Assembly: GCA_019056785.1 (NCBI GenBank) | Contig: DXJV01000021.1 | Coordinates: 1-45,508, forward strand | DNA length: 45,508 nt | Source: Candidatus Heimdallarchaeota archaeon | Lineage (GTDB): Archaea; Asgardarchaeota; Heimdallarchaeia; JABLTI01 | Reading direction: 5' to 3' | Shown here: positions 28,784-38,997 of the stretch, piece by piece | Layout of the letters: the number at the start of each line of letters is the position of its first letter | Numbering within the stretch: the first letter of the stretch is position 1 | Translations under genes and position numbers: made by a program | Notes under the pieces: model-generated | Told to the model about the DNA's origin: nothing | The model's input: only the letters and a program-made list of their open reading frames with translations | The model's database searches: none

Positions 28784-28937
28784 GTAAATTGTAAGTCGAT
28801 TGTTTTTACACTCTTTTTTCCATTTAAATTTAAGACTATTTCGTTTTCGGCATTTTAGAAGGTTGACCTAGCTTGTATTTGTAATAAAAAACAAACTGAC
28901 TTTTGAAGAAGATGCAAAAATGTTTTTCCCTAACAGT

Positions 28938-29300
28938 TCAACATAATTTGTTTCCAAAGTTTTTGCTATCCCTTTCCGCAAGTTCATCCTGAGCTTTTGC
29001 AGCTTTATAGGCTGCATAGTTTAGCTCTTCGACGATTTGCTCAAAAAGCGGTTTGAAATCATCGCTTAGGCATTGATATTCACCAGAAGGTTTAAAGATT
29101 GCAACTTTCGTTCCCTCTTTATCTATAATTTCGAAAATCGTGCGAATTTTTTCTTCATCTCTTGAGATCTTGTCAATGTCAACCGGGGGGACCTCTTTTA
29201 ATTGGAACTTTTCGTCACAAAATCGTTTAAAAGCCAATGGAATGCGTGTTGCTATTCCGAGTTGAACATAGTGGTTTTTAATTTCATCCATATTTATCAT
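28938..29300 (-). CDS. Hypothetical protein
   Basis: 120 aa, globular composition, no overlap with better ORFs. Confidence 0.6.
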   Translation of the reverse strand: MINMDEIKNHYVQLGIATRIPLAFKRFCDEKFQLKEVPPVDIDKISRDEEKIRTIFEIIDKEGTKVAIFKPSGEYQCLSDDFKPLFEQIVEELNYAAYKAAKAQDELAERDSKNFGNKLC

Positions 29301-29434
29301 TCGACCAAAACGTCCATCACATTTCTTTATTAATCAATAACAAATAATAGTTTTCCCCAATCACCTCTACCATCTTTTTCGTTCTTTCAGTTCAGTGCTT
29401 TTCCTTAGAAATAAATACAAAATAATATAAAGAA

Positions 29435-29914
29435 TTGCTAACAAAGGAAGGTATGTCTCTTTGGCCTTCTATCTGTGCTCGTTGTGGCGAGTCAGATAAC
29501 AAAAAATTAACGAACCAGAAGTATCGATGGCAACAAATTATTTTTCAAAGCCAAACACAAACAACTAGATATACTCGTTCGGTATATGTAGATGTTGAAG
29601 GTTACCTTTGTACGCGGTGTAAAAAAATTGCATTAATTCGTTTGATCATCTCTTTACTTCTCTCAATGGTAGGCTTAAGCATTGGTTTTGCCTGGACATT
29701 TGGTGCCTTCGGTGGTGTCAATTTACTCGGCTTAATAGTCTTGGTCCCATCGATTTTTTATTTTATCTTTCTTGTATTATTACGACGTCATTATGTTCGA
29801 TTTTATATGCACTTCTATCATAGTGGTGGTTATATACAAGGTTTCTTTAGAAGTAAAAAATATAAAGAAGCTTTTTCTCAGAGTTTTCCAGGAGGAATTT
29901 ATATAAGAGAGTAA
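29435..29914 (+). CDS. Putative zinc-binding (CxxC...CxxC) two-TM membrane protein
   Basis: WPSICARCG, YLCTRCKK, then two TM helices and a short C-terminal alpha/beta tail. Confidence 0.7.
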   Translation: MLTKEGMSLWPSICARCGESDNKKLTNQKYRWQQIIFQSQTQTTRYTRSVYVDVEGYLCTRCKKIALIRLIISLLLSMVGLSIGFAWTFGAFGGVNLLGLIVLVPSIFYFIFLVLLRRHYVRFYMHFYHSGGYIQGFFRSKKYKEAFSQSFPGGIYIRE

Positions 29915-30070
29915 ATTATTCTGACATCAATTACTTTTTATTGAATTGCTTTCTAAGAACAGCAATTTACAATTAACTCTCTTTCTGGGAAGGGGTAAAA
30001 AAAACAAGATGGCCTGTCTCTTACTCTTACAAAAGTTCGAGTTTAAAAAAAAGAAATTGAACAAAACCTC

Positions 30071-30784
30071 TTATTTCATCACATCAGATGAAGTGAGTTT
30101 TGTCCAGCGCTTCGCTTCACCAGAACGTATTTTCTTGAATTCTGGCAAATAGCGTAACAGAATAACTAGGATAATACCAAAACCATATACAATTGTAAAG
30201 GCTATCCCATAGGTTCCATCAGTTAGAAATGGATGTGGTATCGGTTGAACAATCTGCATACTCGGTCCAATCAGGTCAATAATGAAGAAGAAGGGCGAGA
30301 TAAAAGATACTCCCCAGACTGAACCAACGCCAGAATAACCTGAGAGGAGGCTTAAGAGCCCAATCAAAATGGGGAAGATGAGGGGAGACATTGGCCAGTA
30401 GAAAAAGAGTAATGTGCCTGCCATTGTTCCAAGTCCTTTTCCACCCTTGAAGCCTAAATAAGGCATCCAACAATGCCCTGCAACAGCAGCAAGAGCAGTT
30501 AAAACTACAATATAATCAAGATTTGGATGAGCCGGACAAATAGCAAATTCAACAATTGCACATGCTGCAGCGCCTTTCATCATGTCTGTGAAACCATTAA
30601 CCAACCCCCAGGGGAAAAAGCCGCCAGTGGCTCGAATGACATTTCTGGTGCTAACCGAACCGGAACCAAATTCCCGGGGATCAATACCTTTCACCAGCTT
30701 GCAAATTATATATGCTGTTGGAAAACCACCAAAAAGAAAACCTATCAGTGGCCCGACAAAAAATTGCCAAACTAAAGATGCCAT
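30071..30784 (-). CDS. plsY: PlsY-family glycerol-3-phosphate acyltransferase homologue with non-canonical motifs 1 and 3
   Basis: DPREFGSGSVSTRNVIR, DMMKG, AGHCW..GFKGGKG; multi-TM; GGTGA RBS. Motif 3 reads RYLPEF instead of RHxxNI. Confidence 0.85.
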   Translation of the reverse strand: MASLVWQFFVGPLIGFLFGGFPTAYIICKLVKGIDPREFGSGSVSTRNVIRATGGFFPWGLVNGFTDMMKGAAACAIVEFAICPAHPNLDYIVVLTALAAVAGHCWMPYLGFKGGKGLGTMAGTLLFFYWPMSPLIFPILIGLLSLLSGYSGVGSVWGVSFISPFFFIIDLIGPSMQIVQPIPHPFLTDGTYGIAFTIVYGFGIILVILLRYLPEFKKIRSGEAKRWTKLTSSDVMK

Positions 30785-30927
30785 TGTTTGTAATCACCAT
30801 TAATACTCTATTTTGAGATATTGACTTTCACCTTTTTAGCTGTAAAGCTTTCAAGTTTTTAACATTTTTGTAGGCCATTAAATAATGCTTAGGAAGAAGC
30901 ATCGCTCTCTTTTTCAATAGTGTTTTT

Positions 30928-32331
30928 CTAATTGGCTGTTTGCTTTTCAGGTATAACTTCTTGGGTTTCAGTGTGTTTATTGCCAAAATCGCGCATTGAT
31001 TTTGCCTTCCGTAGTTTCTTCGTGAGGGCATAATTCAAATGTTCGAATCCAAACTTGAAATCAATTTTTGACCAGAGGTAAACGAATAGTTGCCAGAAGC
31101 CCACAAAAGTTATCACAAAGAGAATGATCCCCCACCAGCTATACATAAAGGCATCCTTATCGCCCCAATCAACTACTTTATGTGGAGGAAACATTAGGTG
31201 AAAGGAGGTTGCAATTGATTCATTAATAAAGGCTTCAAGCACATAGAGTGTTAATGTTACTTGCCCAAAATTACGAACAATTTTTGTCTTATTTTTAATT
31301 GCCTCCACTTTCTCATCAGGTATATATTCAAATTTCTTCACCAATAAAACGAAAATCAAACACATACATCCAAGGCTGAAAAAGAGAAGCTCACGGGGAT
31401 AGATTCTATAAGAGAAGAGAACCTCAAAAATGTCTCCACCGACTTTAAGAGTGTTATTGATGGTAAAGCCCATGTTAATTATGAATGCTGCTAAAAAGGT
31501 GAACCCGAACCCAAAACCAAACTTTCTGATCGTTTTGAAGTCAGTTTTCATAGCGATTAAATAGCCACCGATCATCCCAAAGATTGCATATAACCCTATT
31601 GGAAAATATGTTAGTTGTTCGCCAATAAACACACGCAATACAAGCGCTAGAAACCAAAAAATTCCTCCTTTTGCTTTCCCGAGTTCAATGTATGGTGCAA
31701 GCCAATTATTGAGGGGGTTATTAATTAATACTAAAACAACACCCAAAGTTCCAAGGATGATAACATTCCTCCTTACTTTTTCCCTACCATTGCCAGCAAA
31801 GAGAATCCAAAGCAAGAAAACAGTTACAAAACCTGCAACAGCAATTGTAGGTAAGATTAGCATTCGGAAAAATCGCTCAGCGTCCGGCCAAGGGAGATCC
31901 CATCCATTATAAAGATTAGTAAAAAGTGAGGAAACATTCCCCATACTTGGGCGTTCAAAAAAGAATCCCTTAATTGGTGAGACAAGAAATAGAAAGGTGC
32001 TGTTAAGTAAGATGGGAGCAACTGCACGACGGAAAGGCATGCCTTTCTCTGTCCGTTTGAAAATATTATAGGTATTAACTATACCACTCATAAAGGTAAA
32101 ACCTCCACCCCAAGTAAAAAGCACGATTATTGGAAAGAGAGTGATCAACGCTGGAGTTGGTACAATTTCAAGAGCATTGGTATCAGTTCGCCAAGTGCCA
32201 TAAACCATGGGATGAACAAATAACACACCGATAATTGCCACACCACGCATAATATCAACAGAAAGCAATCGTTTCCGATTCGCTGGTGGTTTTGGCAGAG
32301 AATCTTCTAGAACACGAGAAGTTGTTTCCAA
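30928..32331 (-). CDS. HGSNAT-catalytic/DUF418-like transmembrane acyltransferase
   Basis: N-terminal RLLSVDIMRGVAI...H, FTFMSG, C-terminal FGQVTLTLY...W..FGFE; about 11 TM. Confidence 0.75.
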   Translation of the reverse strand: METTSRVLEDSLPKPPANRKRLLSVDIMRGVAIIGVLFVHPMVYGTWRTDTNALEIVPTPALITLFPIIVLFTWGGGFTFMSGIVNTYNIFKRTEKGMPFRRAVAPILLNSTFLFLVSPIKGFFFERPSMGNVSSLFTNLYNGWDLPWPDAERFFRMLILPTIAVAGFVTVFLLWILFAGNGREKVRRNVIILGTLGVVLVLINNPLNNWLAPYIELGKAKGGIFWFLALVLRVFIGEQLTYFPIGLYAIFGMIGGYLIAMKTDFKTIRKFGFGFGFTFLAAFIINMGFTINNTLKVGGDIFEVLFSYRIYPRELLFFSLGCMCLIFVLLVKKFEYIPDEKVEAIKNKTKIVRNFGQVTLTLYVLEAFINESIATSFHLMFPPHKVVDWGDKDAFMYSWWGIILFVITFVGFWQLFVYLWSKIDFKFGFEHLNYALTKKLRKAKSMRDFGNKHTETQEVIPEKQTAN

Positions 32332-32412
32332 TTAAATCGCCAACTATTTTATACCCTCACTTTTTTTAAAGTTTTAGCGTCGAAAAAAGTTTCTCTCTTA
32401 TGTTTGTGAGTT

Positions 32413-33100
32413 TTAGTGAGTGTGGTTTACTGTGATTACACAAAAAATACTCGAGTTGTCCACTTCTTCAATAATCGCTTCGAGTCCGAGTTTGTTAACC
32501 AGTTGTTGGAAGTCTTCTCTTGAAAAAGTTGTTGCTCGAAAGTCATCTTTACCAATTATTGCCCCGTTGCCTGTTTTTTCAAGATCAATCTCTCCCAACA
32601 GGCCGGCTTTTGCTTGCTGGAGAAACCATTCCAAGCGAGCTTCCCAGATCTTTTCAGAATAACTAGAGAGAAGAACCTTCCCTTTGTATTTTGTTACCCG
32701 AAGACTCTCTTGGATTACTATTTCAGGAGCAACTTTGAAGGCTGAAATGCCATTTTGAATTGCAAGTACCACATCAAATGTTTGAGGAGGAAACTCTAAG
32801 GCTTTGACATTCATCTTGAGTAATTCTATAGTGTTCAATCCTGTTAAGTACTCTTGCAAAATTAAGGCTCGCTTTAGAAGTGTCAATCCCAAAAACTTTT
32901 GCTGCATTTGGAGCAAGCCGTTTCAATACTTGGCCATACCCACACCCCAACTCGAGAATAATATCTGTTTTTTTAATATGGTTTAAAACAAAGTTAATTT
33001 CAGCAGATAAATATTGTTTTATCCTTTCATTTGCAATATCATAGCATTGTTTCAATCGCTCTGCAGAGAGTTTTTCACTGTAATATTTGTCTTCTTGCAT
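32413..33100 (-). pseudogene. Class I SAM-dependent methyltransferase split by one frameshift
   Basis: ORF 32774..33100 carries ILELGCGYG and GIDTS up to SLNFA; ORF 32413..32916 continues EYLTG..TFDVVL..LRV..GKV. Junction about 32851-32857. Confidence 0.82.
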
Positions 33101-33314
33101 TTCTTTTCTATCTCCCTCCAGTTATTTGTTTGTCGTTTTTAATTATCTTTTACTTGCTCTAAAAAGCTTGCTTAATAAGGAGCCAGTCCTTGCTTTTTCC
33201 TTTCTTGATTGTTCAATTTGTCATTATGCTCAAAAAACGGTGTTTCGTTAATTTTTTCTGTTTTCTTACATAAAATAGAAATTTTTATTAATTTCTTTCA
33301 CCTTAGATTATTCA

Positions 33315-33339
33315 AATCTTAACTTGGTTAGTTAAGATT
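33315..33339. promoter_or_regulatory. Perfect 10-bp inverted repeat upstream of the secreted-protein gene
   Basis: AATCTTAACT-tggtt-AGTTAAGATT, about 25 nt downstream of TATA-like TTTTTATTA (33282-33290) and 43 nt before the ATG. Confidence 0.55.
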
Positions 33340-33382
33340 CAAGAAAATGAAAAATTGATAATCAATTATGGGATGATTTATA

Positions 33383-34195
33383 ATGAGAAAAGCAACAAAA
33401 ATAGCTATTTTGGCAGGTTTTTTGACTGTCATTGCAACTAGTTTTGTTTTTTTAAATTCAGCTTTGGCCTATGTCGAACAATATGGTTGGGAAAGTACTA
33501 ATGCAAATGGTATGGTATCACAGGTAAAAATACAAGCACATGCAGTTTACAACGAGAATAACCAGGGTGGTGTGACCGCTTATGGCATTTGGATCCATGG
33601 GATCTATGATCTCTTCTTTTGTACAAAAGTGGTTGTCTATATTTATCTTTCAACAGAGTATTATTACGAAGAAATCAATTGGAAAACTATGGAATATTTT
33701 CATTATACTTATTGGGATCCTTCGCCTTCAACCTTTATGAGCTGGGATGGGGAATATTCTTATAACTCTGCTGTTCCAGGCGAATGGACTTGGACTGCCG
33801 GTGGAGAAGCTTATGGTATGTCTTTAAGTGCTTCCTATAAAGCGAATCCCTATGCACGATATCGTTCAGAAAATTCGGTTAGCGGTGACTATCGTTATCT
33901 AGGGTGGTTTAAAAGCGAGTATGATATGTTTGGGGGGCATGAATTCTCTGCCCTTTTGAAGTTGCACTTAATAAACGATGAAGCTCAAAAGTGGGCAAAT
34001 GGTATCTATTCCTATAATTACTATGTTGAACAATTAACAAAGATTACTAACTTGAGAATAAAATTGGTTTTTAATTTCTATTTTTATGCTAACTACATTT
34101 GGTGGCTACAAAGCTCTCGTACCTATATCCTCGGAGATGGCTCACCAGCAACAGATCTAAACTATATACCTCTTACATCTGGTTCAGTTCCATGA
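33383..34195 (+). CDS. Secreted aromatic-rich beta protein of unknown function (candidate beta-pore-forming protein)
   Basis: Signal peptide ending ALA; Tyr/Trp-rich; no anchor; amphipathic hairpin WTWTAGGEAYGMSLSASY; oligo-T after the stop. Confidence 0.75.
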   Translation: MRKATKIAILAGFLTVIATSFVFLNSALAYVEQYGWESTNANGMVSQVKIQAHAVYNENNQGGVTAYGIWIHGIYDLFFCTKVVVYIYLSTEYYYEEINWKTMEYFHYTYWDPSPSTFMSWDGEYSYNSAVPGEWTWTAGGEAYGMSLSASYKANPYARYRSENSVSGDYRYLGWFKSEYDMFGGHEFSALLKLHLINDEAQKWANGIYSYNYYVEQLTKITNLRIKLVFNFYFYANYIWWLQSSRTYILGDGSPATDLNYIPLTSGSVP

Positions 34196-34255
34196 ACTAA
34201 CCTTCTCTTTTTTTATTTTTATCGAGAAAAGCTCTTTTTACGTGGAAAAAAAAGT

Positions 34256-36088
34256 TCAAAGGGGCAGGCCCAATGAACTAATTTTAACTATCGAAAGCAC
34301 GATAATGAAAGCTGCAAAGAAGACACAGCCAATGATCGAGAGTATCAACGCTGCGGTGTTTCGTTTGTTCTTCCCCTCAAGTTTACGAGCATTAAGAGCA
34401 ACAAATAATCCAAAAATACTCGCAATATTGAAAATGATGGATGCCATCCCCACGATTGCAAGTGTAAGTGCCAATTTCGAATCTCTTTGTTCTGCTTGAA
34501 ATGTTTCAGGGTCAGCCTCTTTCTCTGCTTCCGGTTCAACAAGGTCAAGCCATTCTGGCTCATAAAAGGCTCCTGGTACATTTACCATTCCTTTTTGCCA
34601 CCATTTAACAGACGGGTCAAATCTTTCACGCCTTGCTGGGATAACATTGTTTGTAAATGTGCGAATGAACCACTCCAAAGACCCAATGTAGCCAATTCGT
34701 TCCCATCCAAGAAGTAGTAAATGAAAGAGGAGCAGGGTGAGGAAAATTGTTAGAAATGTTCCTGCCCAATAAAGCTTTGCGTAAGGTGTCGCATAGATCA
34801 GAAGTGACATCAAATAAAACATTATATAATAGAGCCATTGATTGTTGTAGTTTGAAAACGCAACTGTGCCAAATCTTCTAATAAATCGTGTTCTGTCAGA
34901 AAAGGCTTTACTCTTTCCGCGGTATTCTACAAGCCTGAAAAGAATCATAATAAGCATAAGAGCAAACCCATTCACACTCAGAAATTGCCATACCCAAGAG
35001 AAGAGTGGGATGTAACTTTTGAAATCCGGTGTCCAATGCCGGTGATAGGGGATAAACTGATAGATCATAATTGCCGTGTCAAAGTCTTCTACAGTGATAA
35101 TATGAATAATGACCGCTACAACACCTATAACCCCAACAATGAACATGGCTAATCCGGCAAGAAACATATTTCTGGGGAATTTCTTGTTGATCTCTTCGCG
35201 GGGTTGGGTAATAGCAATACCAATAATGCTGCCAATAAAAGACACTGCAAGATAGGGGAAGATTGGTTCCATTGGTGCGGCGAGGGGTGTTAAAATAGGT
35301 GCTAAAAGGATTCGCCACCAACTGTCTTGCCCAATAAGCGGTGTGAAAAGAGCATTCCCAGTTTCAGGTATGAGCCCAAATGGATATCCGGGCATAATGA
35401 GTTTAACAAGCTCCCAAACAGGTTGGGTAAGCAACACAACAGCAACAGCTAAAAGAGCATAACTAATTATCATCTGTCGACGATTTTGCCATCGTTTTTT
35501 CAAGGAGAGAAGGCCTTGAGTTACACCATTTAATATTAAACACCAGGCAATAGTATGGATCGTCTCAAAATGGTTCCAACGGTAAAGGAGTACCTGCCAA
35601 TTGTAGTTTAAACTATCCTCCCAATGTTCATAGTTAAAGAGGGGATTATACTCGAAATATTTACTTGGGTCATTCAAGTACTTGAAGAAATTTCCGAAAG
35701 CGCCATGATAGCCGATCAATCCTTCACAAAGCATGGCAAAAACCAATAATAATACACCGCCAACAATTTGCTTTATGACAATACTTTTGATTGAGCGGCC
35801 TTTTTCTAAGTCACGATACATGCTCACCATATTGCTTGCGGCAGATACGAGAAGGAAAAATCCAGCAAGACCCCCATAAAAAGGAAGAATAATCAATGCA
35901 ACGAGATTTATCACAGCAAGATTATCAATAACTGCCAGCAAATCGGGGATATTTAAAACAAGGCTGAGCGTATGAAGGGCAATCATTAAAAAGATTGCAA
36001 TCCCTCGAGCAAAATCAAGGGTAGCAAAACGTTTCACTTTTTTAACCGGTTGAGAAATTAACATCCTTGGTGTGGCGTTTAGATTCAA
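34256..36088 (-). CDS. HGSNAT-catalytic/DUF418-like transmembrane acyltransferase with a C-terminal two-TM (DUF4190-like) extension
   Basis: RFATLDFARGIAI...H, ETIHTIAW, PIFPYL, FGTVAFSNY, GSLEWFIR; GGAG upstream. Confidence 0.78.
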   Translation of the reverse strand: MNLNATPRMLISQPVKKVKRFATLDFARGIAIFLMIALHTLSLVLNIPDLLAVIDNLAVINLVALIILPFYGGLAGFFLLVSAASNMVSMYRDLEKGRSIKSIVIKQIVGGVLLLVFAMLCEGLIGYHGAFGNFFKYLNDPSKYFEYNPLFNYEHWEDSLNYNWQVLLYRWNHFETIHTIAWCLILNGVTQGLLSLKKRWQNRRQMIISYALLAVAVVLLTQPVWELVKLIMPGYPFGLIPETGNALFTPLIGQDSWWRILLAPILTPLAAPMEPIFPYLAVSFIGSIIGIAITQPREEINKKFPRNMFLAGLAMFIVGVIGVVAVIIHIITVEDFDTAIMIYQFIPYHRHWTPDFKSYIPLFSWVWQFLSVNGFALMLIMILFRLVEYRGKSKAFSDRTRFIRRFGTVAFSNYNNQWLYYIMFYLMSLLIYATPYAKLYWAGTFLTIFLTLLLFHLLLLGWERIGYIGSLEWFIRTFTNNVIPARRERFDPSVKWWQKGMVNVPGAFYEPEWLDLVEPEAEKEADPETFQAEQRDSKLALTLAIVGMASIIFNIASIFGLFVALNARKLEGKNKRNTAALILSIIGCVFFAAFIIVLSIVKISSLGLPL

Positions 36089-36312
36089 GTTTTATCTCCT
36101 GTTAAATTTGGTAAAACTAAACTTATCAGATAAGCAAATTGCTCTTTAAAAATTTATAGTTCGAGAAAGTTTTAATTCAGATGATAGAAAAATTGATGGT
36201 TTGAACTCTAATCAAATTCGACTTTTTTTAAAAATTGCTTGTTCAATTTTCATTTACATTTTCAAATTTTTCTCCTTATCTCTCTCAAGACTGCGCTATC
36301 AAAAGGTGTTTC

Positions 36313-36852
36313 TTAGTTTTTCAAAACAAAGTCTTTAGAGCTAATTTCCTTTAATTAAACTAGTTTAGGGCGGATAATAAAATTGCAATACCGATTGCCG
36401 GGCTTTCGTTCGTAGGATCTTTGATGGTAATCTTCTGCTTTAAAAAAAATTAGGGCGTTTTCGTATTTCGGTCACAATAGGGTCTTCCCAAGCTTTTGTG
36501 CTTTTTCAATAGTCGATTTAATAATCCTCTTTTCTTCTTCGTTTTCGTAAAATGCGATCGAGCGACACTATGTTCCAATATCATTTCCTTGTCGGTTTAT
36601 AGTTATTGGATTGTGCATCTGAAAGAAAAGTTCCAGAATTTTTTCAAGAGAAATAACTTTAGTGTCGTAAATAAGTTTCACAACTTCAGTATGTCCTCTT
36701 ACCCCTTTGCAAACTTCTTGATAGGTTGGGTTTTCAGTTTCCCCTCCAGTATATCCTGGAGTCGCTTCGACACCTTTAAGGCTATTAAAAATTGCTTCTA
36801 AACACCAGAAACATCCTCCCCCCAGAATAATTGTTCTTCTTTCTTTTTTCAC
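36313..36852 (-). pseudogene. msrA: Peptide methionine sulfoxide reductase A pseudogene
   Basis: [32 protein letters not shown], then TAG at 36568 in place of the Q of QYRS. Homology continues CRSIAFY..(-1)[12 protein letters not shown](+1 in T8)[19 protein letters not shown]. Confidence 0.92.
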
Positions 36853-36997
36853 AGATAAGCTTCCATTAAGCTGTTTTCTTTCTTTGTTCTTTTAATTCTT
36901 CCTCCTTAAAATATTAAGGCTCGAAAGAATTTCTAATAGCATTCTGGTTTTTCTAACTCATAGAACAATCAACGCGAAAAAAGAAAAAGTTGGTGTT

Positions 36998-38768
36998 TTA
37001 GAAGATTCCTAGAACGCCAATGGGTAAAATAAAACCTGTGATTGTAAAGGCAATAATTCATGCAATGCTTATCGAAGAAAGGGCGATTGCTGCAGTGTTT
37101 ATTTTGCTTTTTCCCTCGCCTTTTCGTGCTTGTATTGCAATCCCAAAGAGAGAAAGCTAATCACAATGAAAATAATCGAGAATAAAGCGATCAAGACAAT
37201 TGAAAAGCAAACTTGGAATCTTCTCTCTTATTTTGAGGTTTGGCATCATTAGAGTGTTCTTTTCTGAGGTTAATTCAAGAGGCCTTATAAAAGGTGTTTT
37301 CAATATCCACCTGCCCTTTTTACCACCATTTGGTCCCTTCTTTAAACCGATCCTTCCGAGCTGGGATGAGATTGTTTGCAATTGTTCTAATAATCCACTC
37401 GAACGAGCCGGTGTATTTTATCTTCTCCCAACCAATGAGAATTATATGGTAAAGTGCATATGTTAGAATGACGGTTAAAAATACTCCCCCCCAGTATAGC
37501 TTAGCATAGAGTGTAAAATAGATCAATGAAGACGTTAAACAGAAAACAAGGAAGAAAAACCATTGATTATTATAGTTCGTAAAAGCAACAATTCTAAACC
37601 TCCGGACGAATTTGGTTCGATCAGCAAATTGCTTACTTTTATTGCGAAATTCAACCAAGCGGAATAAGAACATACTGGCCATTAGACTGAAACCATTTAC
37701 TGCTAGGAATTGGCCTAACCATGCAAAAGGTGGTATGGATGTTAAAGTAGGGTTATAAAGTACATAATCTGGAGACTACGCGCGGTGATTAATTATGGTC
37801 ATATAGAATGCGGCTGCTGCATCAAAATCTCGAGCACTCATAACAGCTGCAATGGAATAGAATACCCCAACAAGTCCTCCGATAAACATTGCAAGACCAA
37901 CTAGAAACATTGACTTAGGAAATTTTTTCGTTATGTTCTCTCGCGGTTTTGAAAGAACAATGCCAATAATACTACCTAGAAAAGAAACTGCGAGGTAAGG
38001 GAAAATTGGCTCCATGGGGGCAGACAAAGGATTGAGAAAAGGTGCCCTGAAAATCTGCCAAAAGCTTTCGGTGCCTATTTCTGGTAGGAATAAGGTGTTG
38101 CCACTCGGATAGCTCCCAAAGGGATAGCCGGGTACGATTGTTCTCACCAAATCCCACATTGGCTGTGTTAAAGCAACAATAATAACCGCTAAAATGCCAT
38201 AGCTGATGATCATCCGTTTTGTATTTTGCCAACTTCCTTTTAGGGATAACAACCCTTGGACGCAACCGTTTATAATAAGACACCAAGCAATAGTATGGAT
38301 GGTTTCAAAGAAATTCCAGCGCCAAAGCATCACGGTCCAATCTGTTGCTGCAGGATTATTTAAATGTTTGAAGAAATTACCAACAAGCCCTTGATAACCA
38401 ATTAACCCTTCACAAAGCATTGCAAAAATGAGTAATAAAAAGCCCCCAAAAACTTGCTTAAGAACTAATGCCTGTACGCTTTTCCCTCGATGCAAGTCAC
38501 GGTACATACTGACCATATTACTGGCAGCTGAAATGATGAGGAAAAAACCTGCCAAGCCGCCATAAAAAGGAATCAAGGATAATGCTAAGAGATTGATTAT
38601 CGGTTGCTGTTCGATGGTATTAAATAAAGCATCAATATTAAGTGTCCGTTGAACAATATGTAAAAAGAGCATTACAACAATTGCTAAGCCACGTGCAAAA
38701 TCAAGCGTGACAAAGCGTTCAAATTTTCTGCCCGAACATGATGAGACTATATTTGAAGAAACCGCCAC
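36998..38768 (-). pseudogene. Decayed paralogue of the 34256..36088 transmembrane acyltransferase
   Basis: ORFs 37776..38768 and 37320..37682 are in one frame and align with the intact paralogue. TAG 37776 (W), TAA 37320 (Q), TGA 37275 (W), TGA 37058 and two single-base deletions near 37200 and 37140. Homology runs to ...INTAAIALS...LGIF* at 36998. Confidence 0.92.
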
Positions 38769-38997
38769 AAGTTGTCACTTTCGGGATTCGTAGGTATCAA
38801 ACTTTACTAATGATTGTTAAATCGTTTAATACTTTTTCGCGATAACTTAGCATACTCTCAAGTAAAACTGCTCTAAAAGTTGTTTTTGGGCTGTAATCGA
38901 CAAAAAAAGAACGTTACATGTACAAAAGAAGCCCTTAAAAACTATAGCAGTTAATTTTTATAAGAAGTTGTTTATTAAGAAAACATCAAAATAGCAA

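Noticed and set aside
31041-31050. GTTCGAATCC tRNA T-loop-like word
   Set aside because: Lies inside a CDS on the opposite strand with no cloverleaf around it.
36998-37778. Stop-codon recoding (Pyl, Sec or alternative code) suggested by in-frame TAG/TGA at Trp and Gln positions
   Set aside because: All three stop types occur together with frameshifts in the same genes, and intact genes in the window end in TAA, TAG and TGA. Decay explains it.
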